Part shown: piece by piece, positions 1-8,873 of the stretch | Position numbering within the stretch: position 1 is the first letter of the stretch | How the letters are laid out: each line of letters starts with the position of its first letter | Assembly: GCA_964448945.1 (NCBI GenBank) | Contig: CAYUYC010000002.1 | Span: forward strand, 1 to 36,442 | Length of the DNA: 36,442 bases | Origin: an uncultured Burkholderiaceae bacterium | GTDB taxonomy: Bacteria > Pseudomonadota > Gammaproteobacteria > Burkholderiales > Burkholderiaceae_E | Reading direction: 5' to 3' | Position numbers and translations under genes: made by a program | The notes under the pieces: model-generated | What the model was told of the DNA's origin: nothing | Databases searched by the model: none | The model's input: the letters and a program-made list of their open reading frames with translations, nothing else

Positions 1-485
1 GTGAGCACCGTCGGCAACGGCAGCTCGCCATCGATGAGCCGGAACTTGGGGTGGATCATCTCGAGCATGTGCATGCCCGCGATCTGCGCGCGCCCGAAAC
101 CCATGCGCACCTCGCCGCGCACCCGCACCGGCAGCCCTTCGCGCTCGGCGCGCTGGAAGGTCGCGGTCTGGTTGCCGTAGAAGTTGAGAAAGCGCAGCAC
201 CAGTTCGCCGTCGTCGTCTTCGAGCCGCACCACCAATTGCCGGCGCGGACGGAATTGCACCTCGACCGCAATCACCCGGCCTTGAACCTGGGCGTGCTCG
301 CCCGGCGTCAGCGCGGCAATGGGAACGAGGCGGGTTTCATCCTCGTAGCGCAGCGGCAGGTGCAAGGCAAAGTCGATCGGCTGGCGCAAGCCCATGCGCG
401 CGAGCTTGTCGGCCAGGGTCGCACGCGGCTTCGCCTGGGCAGCGGCCCGCGCGGTCGGCTTGCGATGGGTGGGCGTGGACGACAT
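1..485 (-). CDS. recG: ATP-dependent DNA helicase RecG, N-terminal part (gene continues beyond the window start)
   Basis: Absent from the ORF track because it runs off the edge. Reverse-strand translation from the ATG at 485..483 gives MSSTPTHRKPTARAAAQAKPRATLADKLARMGLRQPIDFALHLPLRYEDETRLVPIAALTPGEHAQVQGRVIAVEVQF...VRVRGEVRMGF. The HLPLRYEDET motif followed by a wedge/OB-like segment is the usual RecG N-terminus. Confidence 0.7.
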   Translation of the reverse strand, partial: MSSTPTHRKPTARAAAQAKPRATLADKLARMGLRQPIDFALHLPLRYEDETRLVPIAALTPGEHAQVQGRVIAVEVQFRPRRQLVVRLEDDDGELVLRFLNFYGNQTATFQRAEREGLPVRVRGEVRMGFGRAQIAGMHMLEMIHPKFRLIDGELPLPTVL

Positions 486-579
486 GGCCGGGCATTCTCT
501 CAAATGCTTGCGCCACGACAGGCGGCGGACGATCCTGTGGCGGCATGACACCTGATGCACAGATTGCGGCATTCCCGCG

Positions 580-608
580 TTGCCGACGCCCATGGGCTGA
601 CGTATATT
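580..608 (+). promoter_or_regulatory. sigma70-type promoter candidate for the KimA-like transporter gene
   Basis: TTGCCG (580-585), a 17-nt spacer, then TATATT (603-608). It lies about 95 nt upstream of the ATG at 703. Confidence 0.45.
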
Positions 609-610
609 CG

Positions 611-694
611 CCCACCCTGCTGCGATGCAACAACCCGGCAGCGCCGCCGACACAGCGGCCTGACCGAGCGGTCACGAACCGCAGGGTGGAGGAG
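611..694 (+). promoter_or_regulatory. Structured 5' leader in which a long-range helix touches the Shine-Dalgarno sequence
   Basis: CCACCCTGC (612-620) is perfectly complementary to GCAGGGTGG (681-689), which overlaps the first two G of the SD GGAGGAG (688-694). The helix encloses two small hairpins: GCCGC/GCGGC (643-647/655-659) and TGACC/GGTCA (661-665/670-674). Confidence 0.3.
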
Positions 695-702
695 TCAACC
701 AG

Positions 703-2658
703 ATGAATACGAAACGGCTGCGCGATCTGCTGATCGGAAAGCCGCTCGACCCGACCAGCGTGCGCACGCGCGACTCGTTGGCGATGGCTGCATTCCTGGC
801 CTGGGTCGGCCTCGGGGCGGATGGTCTTTCATCGTCGGCCTATGGTCCGGAAGAAGCCTTCAAGGCGCTCGGCACCCATACCCACTTCGGTCTGTATCTG
901 GCCCTGGCGACGGCCGCGACGGTGTTCCTCATCTCGCTTGCCTACAACCAGATCATCGAGCTGTTCCCCACGGGCGGCGGCGGTTACCGCGTGGCGACCA
1001 CCCTCATCGGGCCGCATGCGGGGCTGGTGGCGGGTTCGGCCTTGATCGTCGATTACGTGCTGACGATCACGATCTCGGTCGCGGCCGGCGTCGATGCCTT
1101 GTTCTCCTTGCTGCCGCACACTTGGCAGCACTGGAAGATCGGCCTGGAGATCGCGCTCATCATCGGGCTGCTGTACATCAATCTGCGCGGCGCCAAGGAA
1201 TCGGTGCGCGTGCTGCTGCCGATCTTCCTGGGCTTCGTGATCACGCATTTCGTGCTGATCGTCTACGGCATCGGCGCGCATGCCGACGGCATCCCGGCAC
1301 TCATCCCCGATACGATCAGCGACACCACTCAGCTCGCGCAGGACACTTCATGGCTGTTCGTGGTGGCGCTCTTCCTCAAGGCGTACTCGCTGGGCGGCGG
1401 CACCTATACCGGGATCGAAGCGGTCTCCAACAACGTCCAGCATCTGGCCGAGCCGCGCGTCAAGACCGGCAAGCTGACCATGATCTACATGGCCTCGTCG
1501 CTGGCCTTCACCGCGGGCGGGATCATCCTGCTGTACCTGTTGTGGTCGGCGCGACCGATGGAAGGCCAGACCCTCAACGCGGTGGTGTTCCGCGACATCC
1601 TGGTCGACATGGGCTTCGAAGGCAGCTGGCATGTGATCGCGCTCACCGCCGTGCTCGCGCTCGAAGCGGGACTGTTGTTCGTCGCGGCCAACACCGGCTT
1701 CCTCGGCGGTCCGGCAGTGCTCTCGAACATGGCGGCCGATAGCTGGGTGCCGCACAAGTTCCGGTATCTGTCGCAACGGCTGGTCACGCAAAACGGCATT
1801 CTGGTGATGGGCATCGCGGCGCTCGCCATCCTGCTCATCACCCACGGTCAGGTCGAGATGCTGGTGGTGCTGTATTCGATCAATGTGTTCGTCACCTTCA
1901 CCTTGTCGTTGGCGGGCTTGTGCGTGTACTGGCTCAAGCATCGCAGCAGCCTCAAGTGGAAGCGGCGCCTCGCGCTGTCGTTCTCGGGCCTGCTGATCTC
2001 CGCGAGCATTCTGGTCGGCACCACGGTCAGCAAGTTTCACGAGGGCGGCTGGATCACCTTGATCATCACCGGCTTCGTCGTCGCCTTGGCCTTGCTCACG
2101 CGGCGCCACTATCGCGAAACGAAAGACAAGATCCGCGCGGTCGACGAGGTCTTCGCGGGCCAGCCTTTCGGCTCGGAAACCAAGTTTGCCGAAACCGACC
2201 CCAACGCACCGACCGCCGCTTTCATCGTCGGCAGTTCGCGCGGGGGCGGTCTGCACGCGCTGTTGTGGGTGCAGCGCATGTTCCCCGAGTGCTTCAAGAA
2301 CTTCGTCTTCATCAATGCGCGCTCGGTCGATTCGCGCGCTTACGGCGGCGAGGAAGAACTCGAATTGCTCAAGACCGACGCGCGGGTCTCGCTCAAGTTC
2401 TTCGAGAACTTCTGCCATAGCTACGGCCTCGCGGCCAAGAGCTATCTCGGGTTCGGCACCGACGCGGTCCAGGAAGTCACCAAGCTGTGCGAGCAGGTGC
2501 AGCGCGACTTCCCGAACACGGTGTTCTTCACGAGCAAGCTGATCTTCCGCCAGGACAACTGGTGGACCCGTCTGCTGCACAACCAGGCCGCGGTCGCCAT
2601 CCAACGCAAGCTCCATCTCGAAGGCATGCAGATGGTGATCTTGCCGATGAAGATCTGA
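703..2658 (+). CDS. APC-superfamily transporter, KimA-like (K+/H+ symporter family) with a C-terminal cytoplasmic domain
   Basis: 651-aa ORF preceded by an SD. It has a multi-span hydrophobic core. As I recall them, these motifs parallel Bacillus KimA (YdaO): LLIGKPL near the N-terminus, GADGLSSSAYGPEE, YNQIIELFPTGGGGYRV, LIVDYVLTITISVAAG, INLRGAKES, GIEAVSNNV, AANTGF, and C-terminal WWTRLLHNQAA...VILPMKI. Confidence 0.75.
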   Translation: MNTKRLRDLLIGKPLDPTSVRTRDSLAMAAFLAWVGLGADGLSSSAYGPEEAFKALGTHTHFGLYLALATAATVFLISLAYNQIIELFPTGGGGYRVATTLIGPHAGLVAGSALIVDYVLTITISVAAGVDALFSLLPHTWQHWKIGLEIALIIGLLYINLRGAKESVRVLLPIFLGFVITHFVLIVYGIGAHADGIPALIPDTISDTTQLAQDTSWLFVVALFLKAYSLGGGTYTGIEAVSNNVQHLAEPRVKTGKLTMIYMASSLAFTAGGIILLYLLWSARPMEGQTLNAVVFRDILVDMGFEGSWHVIALTAVLALEAGLLFVAANTGFLGGPAVLSNMAADSWVPHKFRYLSQRLVTQNGILVMGIAALAILLITHGQVEMLVVLYSINVFVTFTLSLAGLCVYWLKHRSSLKWKRRLALSFSGLLISASILVGTTVSKFHEGGWITLIITGFVVALALLTRRHYRETKDKIRAVDEVFAGQPFGSETKFAETDPNAPTAAFIVGSSRGGGLHALLWVQRMFPECFKNFVFINARSVDSRAYGGEEELELLKTDARVSLKFFENFCHSYGLAAKSYLGFGTDAVQEVTKLCEQVQRDFPNTVFFTSKLIFRQDNWWTRLLHNQAAVAIQRKLHLEGMQMVILPMKI

Positions 2659-2668
2659 GGACAGTGCG

Positions 2669-3163
2669 ATGGATGCGCGCCGGTTCGCTCGTGCGTGCAT
2701 CGCGGGCGTGCTGTCGTCGATCGCGGCCTGCGCGACGCCGCCCGAGCGCCGCAATTGGTTCAACGATCCGTTCGAGCGCGCAACCGCTGGCCTGAGTGCC
2801 TGCCCCGCGCCCGAAGGACCGCTCTACACCGAAGCCGAGATGCGAGCCCAGGCGCATTACCGCGCCGAGCGCGGCACCTCGTGCTGGCTGGCGGGCACCT
2901 GCCCCGACAGCAATGCCTACCGGCGCGATCCCGACACCAATGCGCGCGTGGTGGCGGCCTTGCGCGCGGACGGATCGTTCCAGGACACCAGCGTCTGGGT
3001 CAGCACCCAGCGGCGCTTCGTCTATCTGCAAGGCTGTGTGCGCACCGCCGCGCAACGCGAAGCCGCGGTGGCGCTCGCACGCGCGCAAGCAGGCGTGGAA
3101 CTGGTGATCGACGAACTCATCGTGGGCACGCGGGACCGGCCGCCCTACGCGGTCGCGCACTGA
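2669..3163 (+). CDS. BON-domain lipoprotein (OsmY-like)
   Basis: 164 aa, starting 10 nt after the transporter stop. A signal peptide with lipobox SSIAAC is followed by a C-terminal BON-like segment (VSTQRRFVYLQGCVRTAAQREAAVALARAQAGVELVIDELIV). Confidence 0.65.
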   Translation: MDARRFARACIAGVLSSIAACATPPERRNWFNDPFERATAGLSACPAPEGPLYTEAEMRAQAHYRAERGTSCWLAGTCPDSNAYRRDPDTNARVVAALRADGSFQDTSVWVSTQRRFVYLQGCVRTAAQREAAVALARAQAGVELVIDELIVGTRDRPPYAVAH

Positions 3164-3188
3164 CGCCTTCTGTTGCGCGCGACGCGCC

Positions 3189-4256
3189 TCAGAGCCGCGC
3201 GGTGGTCTGCGGATTGAAGTAATGCATGTTGCCGGGCGCGAAATGCACCCAGATGCGCTCGCCCGCCGCGGGCAACAGGCTGTTGGTGGTGCGCACGACG
3301 ATGGCCTGACCATCGACCGCGCCATGGATGAGATGGTCGGCCCCCAGGGTCTCGACCATTTCCACGTCGACCGGCAAGGCGGCTGCGTCGCGCCCGCCCA
3401 GCGCCAGATGCTCGGGACGGATGCCGAAGATGATGGGCGCGCCCGCGAGATTGGGCCGCGGCACTTCGAGCTTGAGATCGACCGCGCCCGAGAAGGTCAG
3501 GTATTGCCCGTTGGCGGCAAAGGTCGCGTTGAACAGATTCATCGGCGGCGCGCCGATGAAGCTCGCGACGAAGGTGGTCGCGGGCCGTTCGTAGATTGTC
3601 TTGGGCGTGCCGATCTGTTCGGCGCGGCCGGCATTCATGACGATGATGCGTTGGCCCAGCGTCATCGCCTCGACCTGATCATGGGTCACGTACAGCGAGG
3701 TCACGCCCAGGCGGCGATGCAGCTTTTGCAGCTCGAGCCGCATCTGCACCCGCAGCTTGGCGTCGAGGTTGGACAAAGGCTCATCGAACAAGAACACCTG
3801 CGGATGGCGCACGATGGCGCGGCCCATGGCGACGCGCTGACGCTGCCCGCCCGAAAGCTGGCGCGGCTTGCGTTCGAGGAGCTTGTCCAGTTCGAGGATG
3901 CGCGCGGCCTCGGCCACGCGCTTGACGATCTCGGCCTTGGCCACGCCGCGGATCTTGAGACCGTAGGCCATGTTGTCGAACACGCTCATGTGCGGATAGA
4001 GCGCGTAGTTCTGGAACACCATGGCGATGTCGCGGTCCTTGGGCTCGACCTGGTTCACCACCTTGCCGCCGATCAGGATCTGGCCTTCGGAGATTTCTTC
4101 GAGGCCCGCGACCATGCGCAACAAGGTGCTCTTGCCGCAGCCCGAAGGTCCGACGATGACGACGAACTCGCCCTTGTCGACCGCGATGTCGATGCCGTGC
4201 ACCACCTGGGTGTCGCCGTAGCGCTTCTTGACGTCTTTGAGTTCGAGTGTCGCCAT
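3189..4256 (-). CDS. ugpC: sn-glycerol-3-phosphate ABC transporter ATP-binding protein UgpC
   Basis: Walker [10 protein letters not shown], signature [14 protein letters not shown], Walker [12 protein letters not shown], and a MalK-type C-terminal regulatory domain. It is the last gene of the ugpBAEC order. Confidence 0.85.
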   Translation of the reverse strand: MATLELKDVKKRYGDTQVVHGIDIAVDKGEFVVIVGPSGCGKSTLLRMVAGLEEISEGQILIGGKVVNQVEPKDRDIAMVFQNYALYPHMSVFDNMAYGLKIRGVAKAEIVKRVAEAARILELDKLLERKPRQLSGGQRQRVAMGRAIVRHPQVFLFDEPLSNLDAKLRVQMRLELQKLHRRLGVTSLYVTHDQVEAMTLGQRIIVMNAGRAEQIGTPKTIYERPATTFVASFIGAPPMNLFNATFAANGQYLTFSGAVDLKLEVPRPNLAGAPIIFGIRPEHLALGGRDAAALPVDVEMVETLGADHLIHGAVDGQAIVVRTTNSLLPAAGERIWVHFAPGNMHYFNPQTTARL

Positions 4257-4263
4257 CGCAGTC

Positions 4264-5112
4264 TTATTTCTCGGTATCGACCAGGCCCTTGACGAACCAG
4301 CGCTGCATCGCGAGCACCACGATCGCGGGCGGAATCAAGGCCAGCATCGCGGTCGCCATGATGAGGTTCCATTCGTTGGCCGCATCACCGCCGCCGATCA
4401 TGCGCTTGATGCCGATCACGATCGGGTACATGTCTTCGTGGGTCGTCACGAGCAAAGGCCAGAGGTATTGGTTCCAGCCGTAGATGAACTGGATCACGAA
4501 CATCGCCGCGACGTTGGTGACCGACAAGGGCAGCAGGATGCTGAAGAAGAAGCGCATCGGCCCCGCACCGTCGATGCGCGCGGCTTCGGCAAGTTCGTCG
4601 GGCACGGTCAGAAAGAATTGCCGGAACAAGAAGGTCGCAGTGGCCGAGGCGATCAACGGCAAGATCAAGCCGCCGTAACTGTTGAGCAGGCCGAGGTTGG
4701 ACACCACTTCATAAGTCGGCGAAATGCGCACTTCCACCGGCAGCATCAAGGTGACGAAGATCATCCAGAAGAAAAAGCGCCGCAGCGGAAAGCGGAAATA
4801 GACGATCGCGAACGCCGAGAGCAGCGAGATCGCGATCTTGCCCAAGGCGATGCCCAGCGCGGTCACCAGGCTCACGAACATCATGTGCGCGACCGGCGCG
4901 CGCGAGCCGATCGAACCGCCCTCGACCAAGGCCTGGCGATAGTTGTCGATCAGATGCGTGCCCGGCAGCAAGGACATCGGCGCGGATTCGATCTCGGTCG
5001 CGGTCTGGGTCGAGGCGACGAAGGTGATGACGACCGGCAGCGCAATGACGATCACGCCCAGCGCCAGCACCAGGTGCGCGATCAGATCGAGGATGGGGCG
5101 GCGTTCGACCAT
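4264..5112 (-). CDS. ugpE: sn-glycerol-3-phosphate ABC transporter permease UgpE
   Basis: 282-aa MalG-type permease with the EAA loop [15 protein letters not shown]. It sits between ugpA and ugpC. Confidence 0.85.
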   Translation of the reverse strand: MVERRPILDLIAHLVLALGVIVIALPVVITFVASTQTATEIESAPMSLLPGTHLIDNYRQALVEGGSIGSRAPVAHMMFVSLVTALGIALGKIAISLLSAFAIVYFRFPLRRFFFWMIFVTLMLPVEVRISPTYEVVSNLGLLNSYGGLILPLIASATATFLFRQFFLTVPDELAEAARIDGAGPMRFFFSILLPLSVTNVAAMFVIQFIYGWNQYLWPLLVTTHEDMYPIVIGIKRMIGGGDAANEWNLIMATAMLALIPPAIVVLAMQRWFVKGLVDTEK

Positions 5113-5113
5113 C

Positions 5114-5995
5114 TCAATAATTGACCCGGCGCTCGATGAAACGGAACTGCACCACCGTCAGCGCGATCACGATCGCCATCAGCACCACCGATTGCGCGGC
5201 GGAGCTGCCCAGATCCATCGCCTTGAAGCCGTCGTAATAGACCTTGTAGACCAGGATCGAGGTATCGCGCCCCGGCCCGCCCTGGGTCGCTGCATCGACG
5301 ATCGCGAAAGTGTCGAAGAAGGCATAGACGATATTGACCACCAGCAAGAAGAACGTGGTCGGCGACAGGAGCGGAAAGATCACGCTCCAAAAGCGCCGCA
5401 TCGGCCCGGCGCCGTCGATGGCCGCAGCCTCGATCAAGGACTTGGGAATCGCCTGCAAGCCCGCGAGGAAGAAGACGAAGTTGTACGAGACCTGCTTCCA
5501 GACCGCGGCCATGACGATCAGCGCCAGCGCCTGGTCCGAATCGAGCACATGGTTCCATTCGATCCCGAACGCACGCAGACCATGCGCGACCACGCCCAGG
5601 GTCGGGTTGAACATGAACATCCAGAGCACGCCCGCGATCGCGGGCGCCACCGCATAAGGCCAGATCAGCAGCATCTTGTAGACGCCCGCGCCGCGCACCA
5701 CGCGATCGGCGAACACCGCGAGCACCAGCGAGATCGCAATGCCCAGCGTGGCCACCAGCAGCGAGAACACCGCGGTGACCTTGAACGACGCGAGATAGGC
5801 GTCGTCATGGAACAGATTGGCAAAGTTCTCGAGCCCGACGAATTCGGTGGTGGTGCCGAACGCGTCCTGCATCAGGAAGCTCTGGAACATCGCCTGGCCC
5901 GCGGGCCAGAAGAAGAAGACGAGCGTGATCGCCAGCTGGGGCGCGACCAGCGCATACGGCAACCAGCGACTGCGGAACAGCGCGCGTTTTTCCAT
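5114..5995 (-). CDS. ugpA: sn-glycerol-3-phosphate ABC transporter permease UgpA
   Basis: 293-aa MalF-type permease with the EAA loop [15 protein letters not shown]. Its stop is 1 nt from the ugpE start. Confidence 0.85.
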   Translation of the reverse strand: MEKRALFRSRWLPYALVAPQLAITLVFFFWPAGQAMFQSFLMQDAFGTTTEFVGLENFANLFHDDAYLASFKVTAVFSLLVATLGIAISLVLAVFADRVVRGAGVYKMLLIWPYAVAPAIAGVLWMFMFNPTLGVVAHGLRAFGIEWNHVLDSDQALALIVMAAVWKQVSYNFVFFLAGLQAIPKSLIEAAAIDGAGPMRRFWSVIFPLLSPTTFFLLVVNIVYAFFDTFAIVDAATQGGPGRDTSILVYKVYYDGFKAMDLGSSAAQSVVLMAIVIALTVVQFRFIERRVNY

Positions 5996-6066
5996 GGCCG
6001 CGAATTATGCAGGCGTTCGCGCGCAAACAGGCGAAAGCGGCGGCCGCCGGGCCGCCGCGATGGGGA

Positions 6067-7398
6067 TCAAAGCTTGTTGGCTTTCTCGAAGCGTTCGAGT
6101 TGTTCGTTGCCGCGCCGGATCGCTTCGTCGAGTGCTTCCTTGGGCGCCTTCTTGCCGGCCCAGACCAGTTCGAGTTCTTCATCGACGATGGTGCGGACCT
6201 GCACGAAATTGCCCAGGCGGATGCCGCGCGACTTGTCGGTCGTCTTGCGGATCATCTGGGTCACCGCGGTGTCGGTGCCCGGGTTCTTGTCGTAGAAGCC
6301 GGACTTGGTCGTCAGTTCGTAAGCCGCCATCGTCACCGGCAGATAGCCGGTGCGCTGATGGCTCGCGGCCTGGACTTCGGGCTTGGAGAGGTAGTCGAAG
6401 AACGCGGCCACGCCCTTGTATTCGACCGGCTTCTTGCCTGCCATCACCCACAGCGATGCGCCGCCGATGATGGTGTTCTGCGGCGCGCCCGGCACGTCGG
6501 GGTAATAGGGCAAGGCCGAGATGCCGAAGGCGAACTTGGCGTTCTTCTTGATGTTGCCGTAGGCGGACGAAGACGCGGTGCTCATCGCGCATTCGCCGGA
6601 GTAGAACGGCGCATCGGCGGTGTTGCCGCGACCCTTGTAGACGAACAAGCCTTGCTTGGCCATGTTGGCCAGATTCTCGATATGGCGCACATGCAGCGGC
6701 GTGTTGAACGCGAGCCGCGCGCCCGCCCCGCCGAAACCGTTGTTCTTGGTCGCGAACTCGGTGTTGTGCCAGGTCGAGAAGCTTTCGAGCTGGGTCCAGC
6801 CCTGCCAACTCGTGGTGAACGGGCATTTCTCGCCGCTGGCCTTGAGCTTGGCCGCGGCCAGCGCCACTTCGGGCCAGGTCTTGGGCGCCTTCTCTGGGTC
6901 GAGGCCCGCGCGTTTGAAGGCGTCCTTGTTGTAATAGAAGACCGTGGTCGAGCTATTGAGCGGATACGACAGCATCTGCCCGTTGGGCGCGGTGTAGTAG
7001 CCGGTCACCGCAGGCACATACAGTTTGGGATCGAACTTGTAGCCGTTCTTGGACATCACCTCGCCGACCGGCACGATCGCGCCCTTGGCCGACATCATGG
7101 TCGCGGTGCCCACCTCGAACACCTGCAGGATGTGCGGCGCCTCGCCCGCGCGAAAGGCCGCGATCGCCGCGGTCATCGACACGTCGTAAGCGCCCTTGTA
7201 GACCGGCACCACCTTGAAATCCTTCTGGCTCGCATTGAAGCCGTTGGCGAGGTCGTTGACCCAATCGCCGAGGGCGCCCGACATCGAATGCCACCATTGG
7301 ATCTCGGTCTGGGCCTGGGCCGAGACCGGCAGGCAGCACGCCATGGCCAAGGCCACGGTCGCGCCGCGCAAAGCGCGTGCAACAGCTGGGATACGCAT
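6067..7398 (-). CDS. ugpB: sn-glycerol-3-phosphate ABC transporter substrate-binding protein UgpB
   Basis: Strong resemblance along the whole length to E. coli UgpB as I recall it (WWHSMSG, AAFRAGEAPHILQVFEVGTATMM, NSSTTVFYYNKDAFKRAGLDPEKAPKTW, NTIIGGASLWVM, HQRTGYLPVT). I moved the start to the ATG at 7398, preceded by GAAGGAGA, which gives the signal peptide MRIPAVARAL...VSAQA. The longer ORF-track start adds a non-signal extension. Confidence 0.88.
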   Translation of the reverse strand: MRIPAVARALRGATVALAMACCLPVSAQAQTEIQWWHSMSGALGDWVNDLANGFNASQKDFKVVPVYKGAYDVSMTAAIAAFRAGEAPHILQVFEVGTATMMSAKGAIVPVGEVMSKNGYKFDPKLYVPAVTGYYTAPNGQMLSYPLNSSTTVFYYNKDAFKRAGLDPEKAPKTWPEVALAAAKLKASGEKCPFTTSWQGWTQLESFSTWHNTEFATKNNGFGGAGARLAFNTPLHVRHIENLANMAKQGLFVYKGRGNTADAPFYSGECAMSTASSSAYGNIKKNAKFAFGISALPYYPDVPGAPQNTIIGGASLWVMAGKKPVEYKGVAAFFDYLSKPEVQAASHQRTGYLPVTMAAYELTTKSGFYDKNPGTDTAVTQMIRKTTDKSRGIRLGNFVQVRTIVDEELELVWAGKKAPKEALDEAIRRGNEQLERFEKANKL

Positions 7399-7437
7399 GG
7401 GGTCTCCTTCGAAGAAGGTGTAGTTTTTGAGGCGCGG

Positions 7438-7455
7438 GTGACAGTAGCATGACGC
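7438..7455 (-). promoter_or_regulatory. Candidate Pho box upstream of ugpB
   Basis: The minus strand reads GCGTCAT-GCTA-CTGTCAC, two 7-nt direct repeats with a 4-nt spacer (5/7 and 6/7 matches to CTGTCAT). The box ends 39 nt upstream of the ugpB ATG. In E. coli, ugp belongs to the Pho regulon. Confidence 0.35.
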
Positions 7456-7508
7456 CGCCGGCGCGGTATCGACGCGCTGCAACGCAAATGCCCGGCCGCG
7501 CGCATCGC

Positions 7509-7514
7509 TAGAAT
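7509..7514 (+). promoter_or_regulatory. -10-like TAGAAT immediately upstream of ubiA
   Basis: TAGAAT ends 9 nt before the ATG at 7524 and there is no SD in between. No convincing -35 element. Confidence 0.3.
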
Positions 7515-7523
7515 CGCCCCGCC

Positions 7524-8396
7524 ATGACCACCATGTCCATCGCCCAACGCCTGCCCTTGTACGTCAAGCTGGTCCGCATCGACAAGCCGATCGGTACCCT
7601 GCTGCTGCTCTGGCCCACGCTCTGGGCGCTGTGGATCGCGGCGGACGGCGTCCCGCCCTGGCATGTGGTCGCGATCTTCGTCGCCGGCACCTTCCTCATG
7701 CGCTCGTCGGGCTGTGCGATCAACGACTACGCCGATCGCGACTTCGACCGGCATGTCGAGCGCACCCAGGCCCGCGTGGTGACCAGCGGCGCGGTCTCGC
7801 CGCGTGAAGCGCTCGTCGTCGCCGCCGTGCTCGCGCTGGTCGCGGGCGCGCTCATCCTGCCGCTCAATCGGCTGACCTGGGCGATGTCGGTCGTCGCGGT
7901 GCTGGTCGCCGCGAGCTATCCGTTCTTCAAGCGTTTCTTCGCGATCCCGCAGGCCTACCTCGGCATCGCATTCTCGTTCGGCATCCCGATGGCGTTTGCC
8001 GCCGTGCGCGGCGAAGTGCCGCTCGCGGCCTGGGCCATGCTCGCGGCCAATCTGCTCTGGGTCATCGCCTACGACACCGAGTACGCGCTGGTCGACATCG
8101 ACGACGATCTCAAGATCGGCATCAAGACCTCGGCCATCACCTTCGGCCGCCATGTGGTCGGGATCATCATGCTGTGCTACGCCGCCTTCTTGCTCGCCAT
8201 GCTCGCGCTCGGCATGCACTTCGGTCTTGGCGCCGGCTATTGGGCCGGCCTGGCCGTCGCGGCCGGCATCGCCGTCTATCACTACACCCTCATCCGCACG
8301 CGCGAGCGCATGCGCTGCTTTCGCGCGTTCCTGCACAACCATTGGCTGGGCGCGGTGATCTTTGCGGGGGTGGTGGTGGATTACGCGGTGAGATAG
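7524..8396 (+). CDS. ubiA: 4-hydroxybenzoate octaprenyltransferase UbiA
   Basis: 290-aa polytopic protein with the UbiA prenyltransferase motifs [32 protein letters not shown] and [22 protein letters not shown]. Confidence 0.9.
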   Translation: MTTMSIAQRLPLYVKLVRIDKPIGTLLLLWPTLWALWIAADGVPPWHVVAIFVAGTFLMRSSGCAINDYADRDFDRHVERTQARVVTSGAVSPREALVVAAVLALVAGALILPLNRLTWAMSVVAVLVAASYPFFKRFFAIPQAYLGIAFSFGIPMAFAAVRGEVPLAAWAMLAANLLWVIAYDTEYALVDIDDDLKIGIKTSAITFGRHVVGIIMLCYAAFLLAMLALGMHFGLGAGYWAGLAVAAGIAVYHYTLIRTRERMRCFRAFLHNHWLGAVIFAGVVVDYAVR

Positions 8397-8411
8397 CGCA
8401 GTGGAGGCCCT

Positions 8412-8873
8412 GTGGCTCGCCATCAATGGGCTGCGCTAAACAACCAGCAAGTCGGTGCCTACGCCGAGTACTTCGTCAAGATGGAACTGGCGATGCACGG
8501 CTTCGAGGTGTATTCACCGGAGGTCGATGATCACGGCATCGACCTGATTGCCAGAAAGAAGCACGGGCAGTTCATCGAAGTCCAGGTCAAGTCCTTGCGG
8601 GACCACGGATATGTCTTCATGCGCAAATACGGCTTTGAATTGCGCGACGACGTGTACCTTGCGCTGGTCCTGCTGTTCGACAACGAGCCACCCCGGCACT
8701 ACCTGATTCCAGCAAGCAAATGGCAAAACCCAACGGGAGTATTCGTCGATCGAAACTACGGTGAGGGACTGAAGAGCAAGCCCGAATGGGGAATCAAGGT
8801 CTCACGAAAGCACATGCCGATCATCGATGCGTTCGCGTTTGACCGCGTGATCGAGTCGCTCAAAACCGAGTAA
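8412..8873 (+). CDS. Hypothetical protein with a PD-(D/E)XK nuclease-like motif (DUF4365 / PDDEXK_5-like pattern)
   Basis: 153 aa. GTG start at 8412 with GGAGG at 8403-8407. The N-terminal half has the restriction-endonuclease-fold pattern E (AEYFV) ... DDHGIDLIA ... IEVQVKS. GC is about 48-50 % in two spot-counted lines, against about 73 % in the adjacent ubiA line. Confidence 0.5.
   Translation: MARHQWAALNNQQVGAYAEYFVKMELAMHGFEVYSPEVDDHGIDLIARKKHGQFIEVQVKSLRDHGYVFMRKYGFELRDDVYLALVLLFDNEPPRHYLIPASKWQNPTGVFVDRNYGEGLKSKPEWGIKVSRKHMPIIDAFAFDRVIESLKTE

Noticed and set aside
51-675. Track ORFs 51-548 (+) and 337-675 (-) at the left edge.
   Set aside because: The region is better explained by the recG 5' end (minus strand, frame ending at the ATG at 485), which the track misses because it is open-ended. 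The listed ORFs lack motifs.
611-694. Whether the transporter leader is a ydaO/kimA-type c-di-AMP riboswitch.
   Set aside because: The leader is too short for that pseudo-two-fold architecture of about 130+ nt, and I see none of its conserved motifs. I kept it only as an unclassified structured leader.
1348-7452. Long antisense or alternate-frame ORFs: 1348-2763 (-), 3222-4292 (+), 4228-5124 (+), 4943-6295 (+), 6007-7452 (+), 555-1742 (+).
   Set aside because: Each lies opposite or out of frame to the KimA-like transporter or the ugp genes, which have clear family motifs. No SD is present and the composition is typical of GC shadow frames.
7399-7482. Longest-ORF N-terminal extensions for ugpB (to 7482), rlmJ (to 18835), NYN (to 19670), LuxR (to 17286), rplU (to 32303) and putA (to 12871).
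   Set aside because: The extensions start at TTG or GTG or lack an SD. They disrupt canonical N-termini (the UgpB signal peptide, MLAYRHAFHAGN of Rlm[12 protein letters not shown] of L21). Internal ATGs with SD-like sequences fit better.
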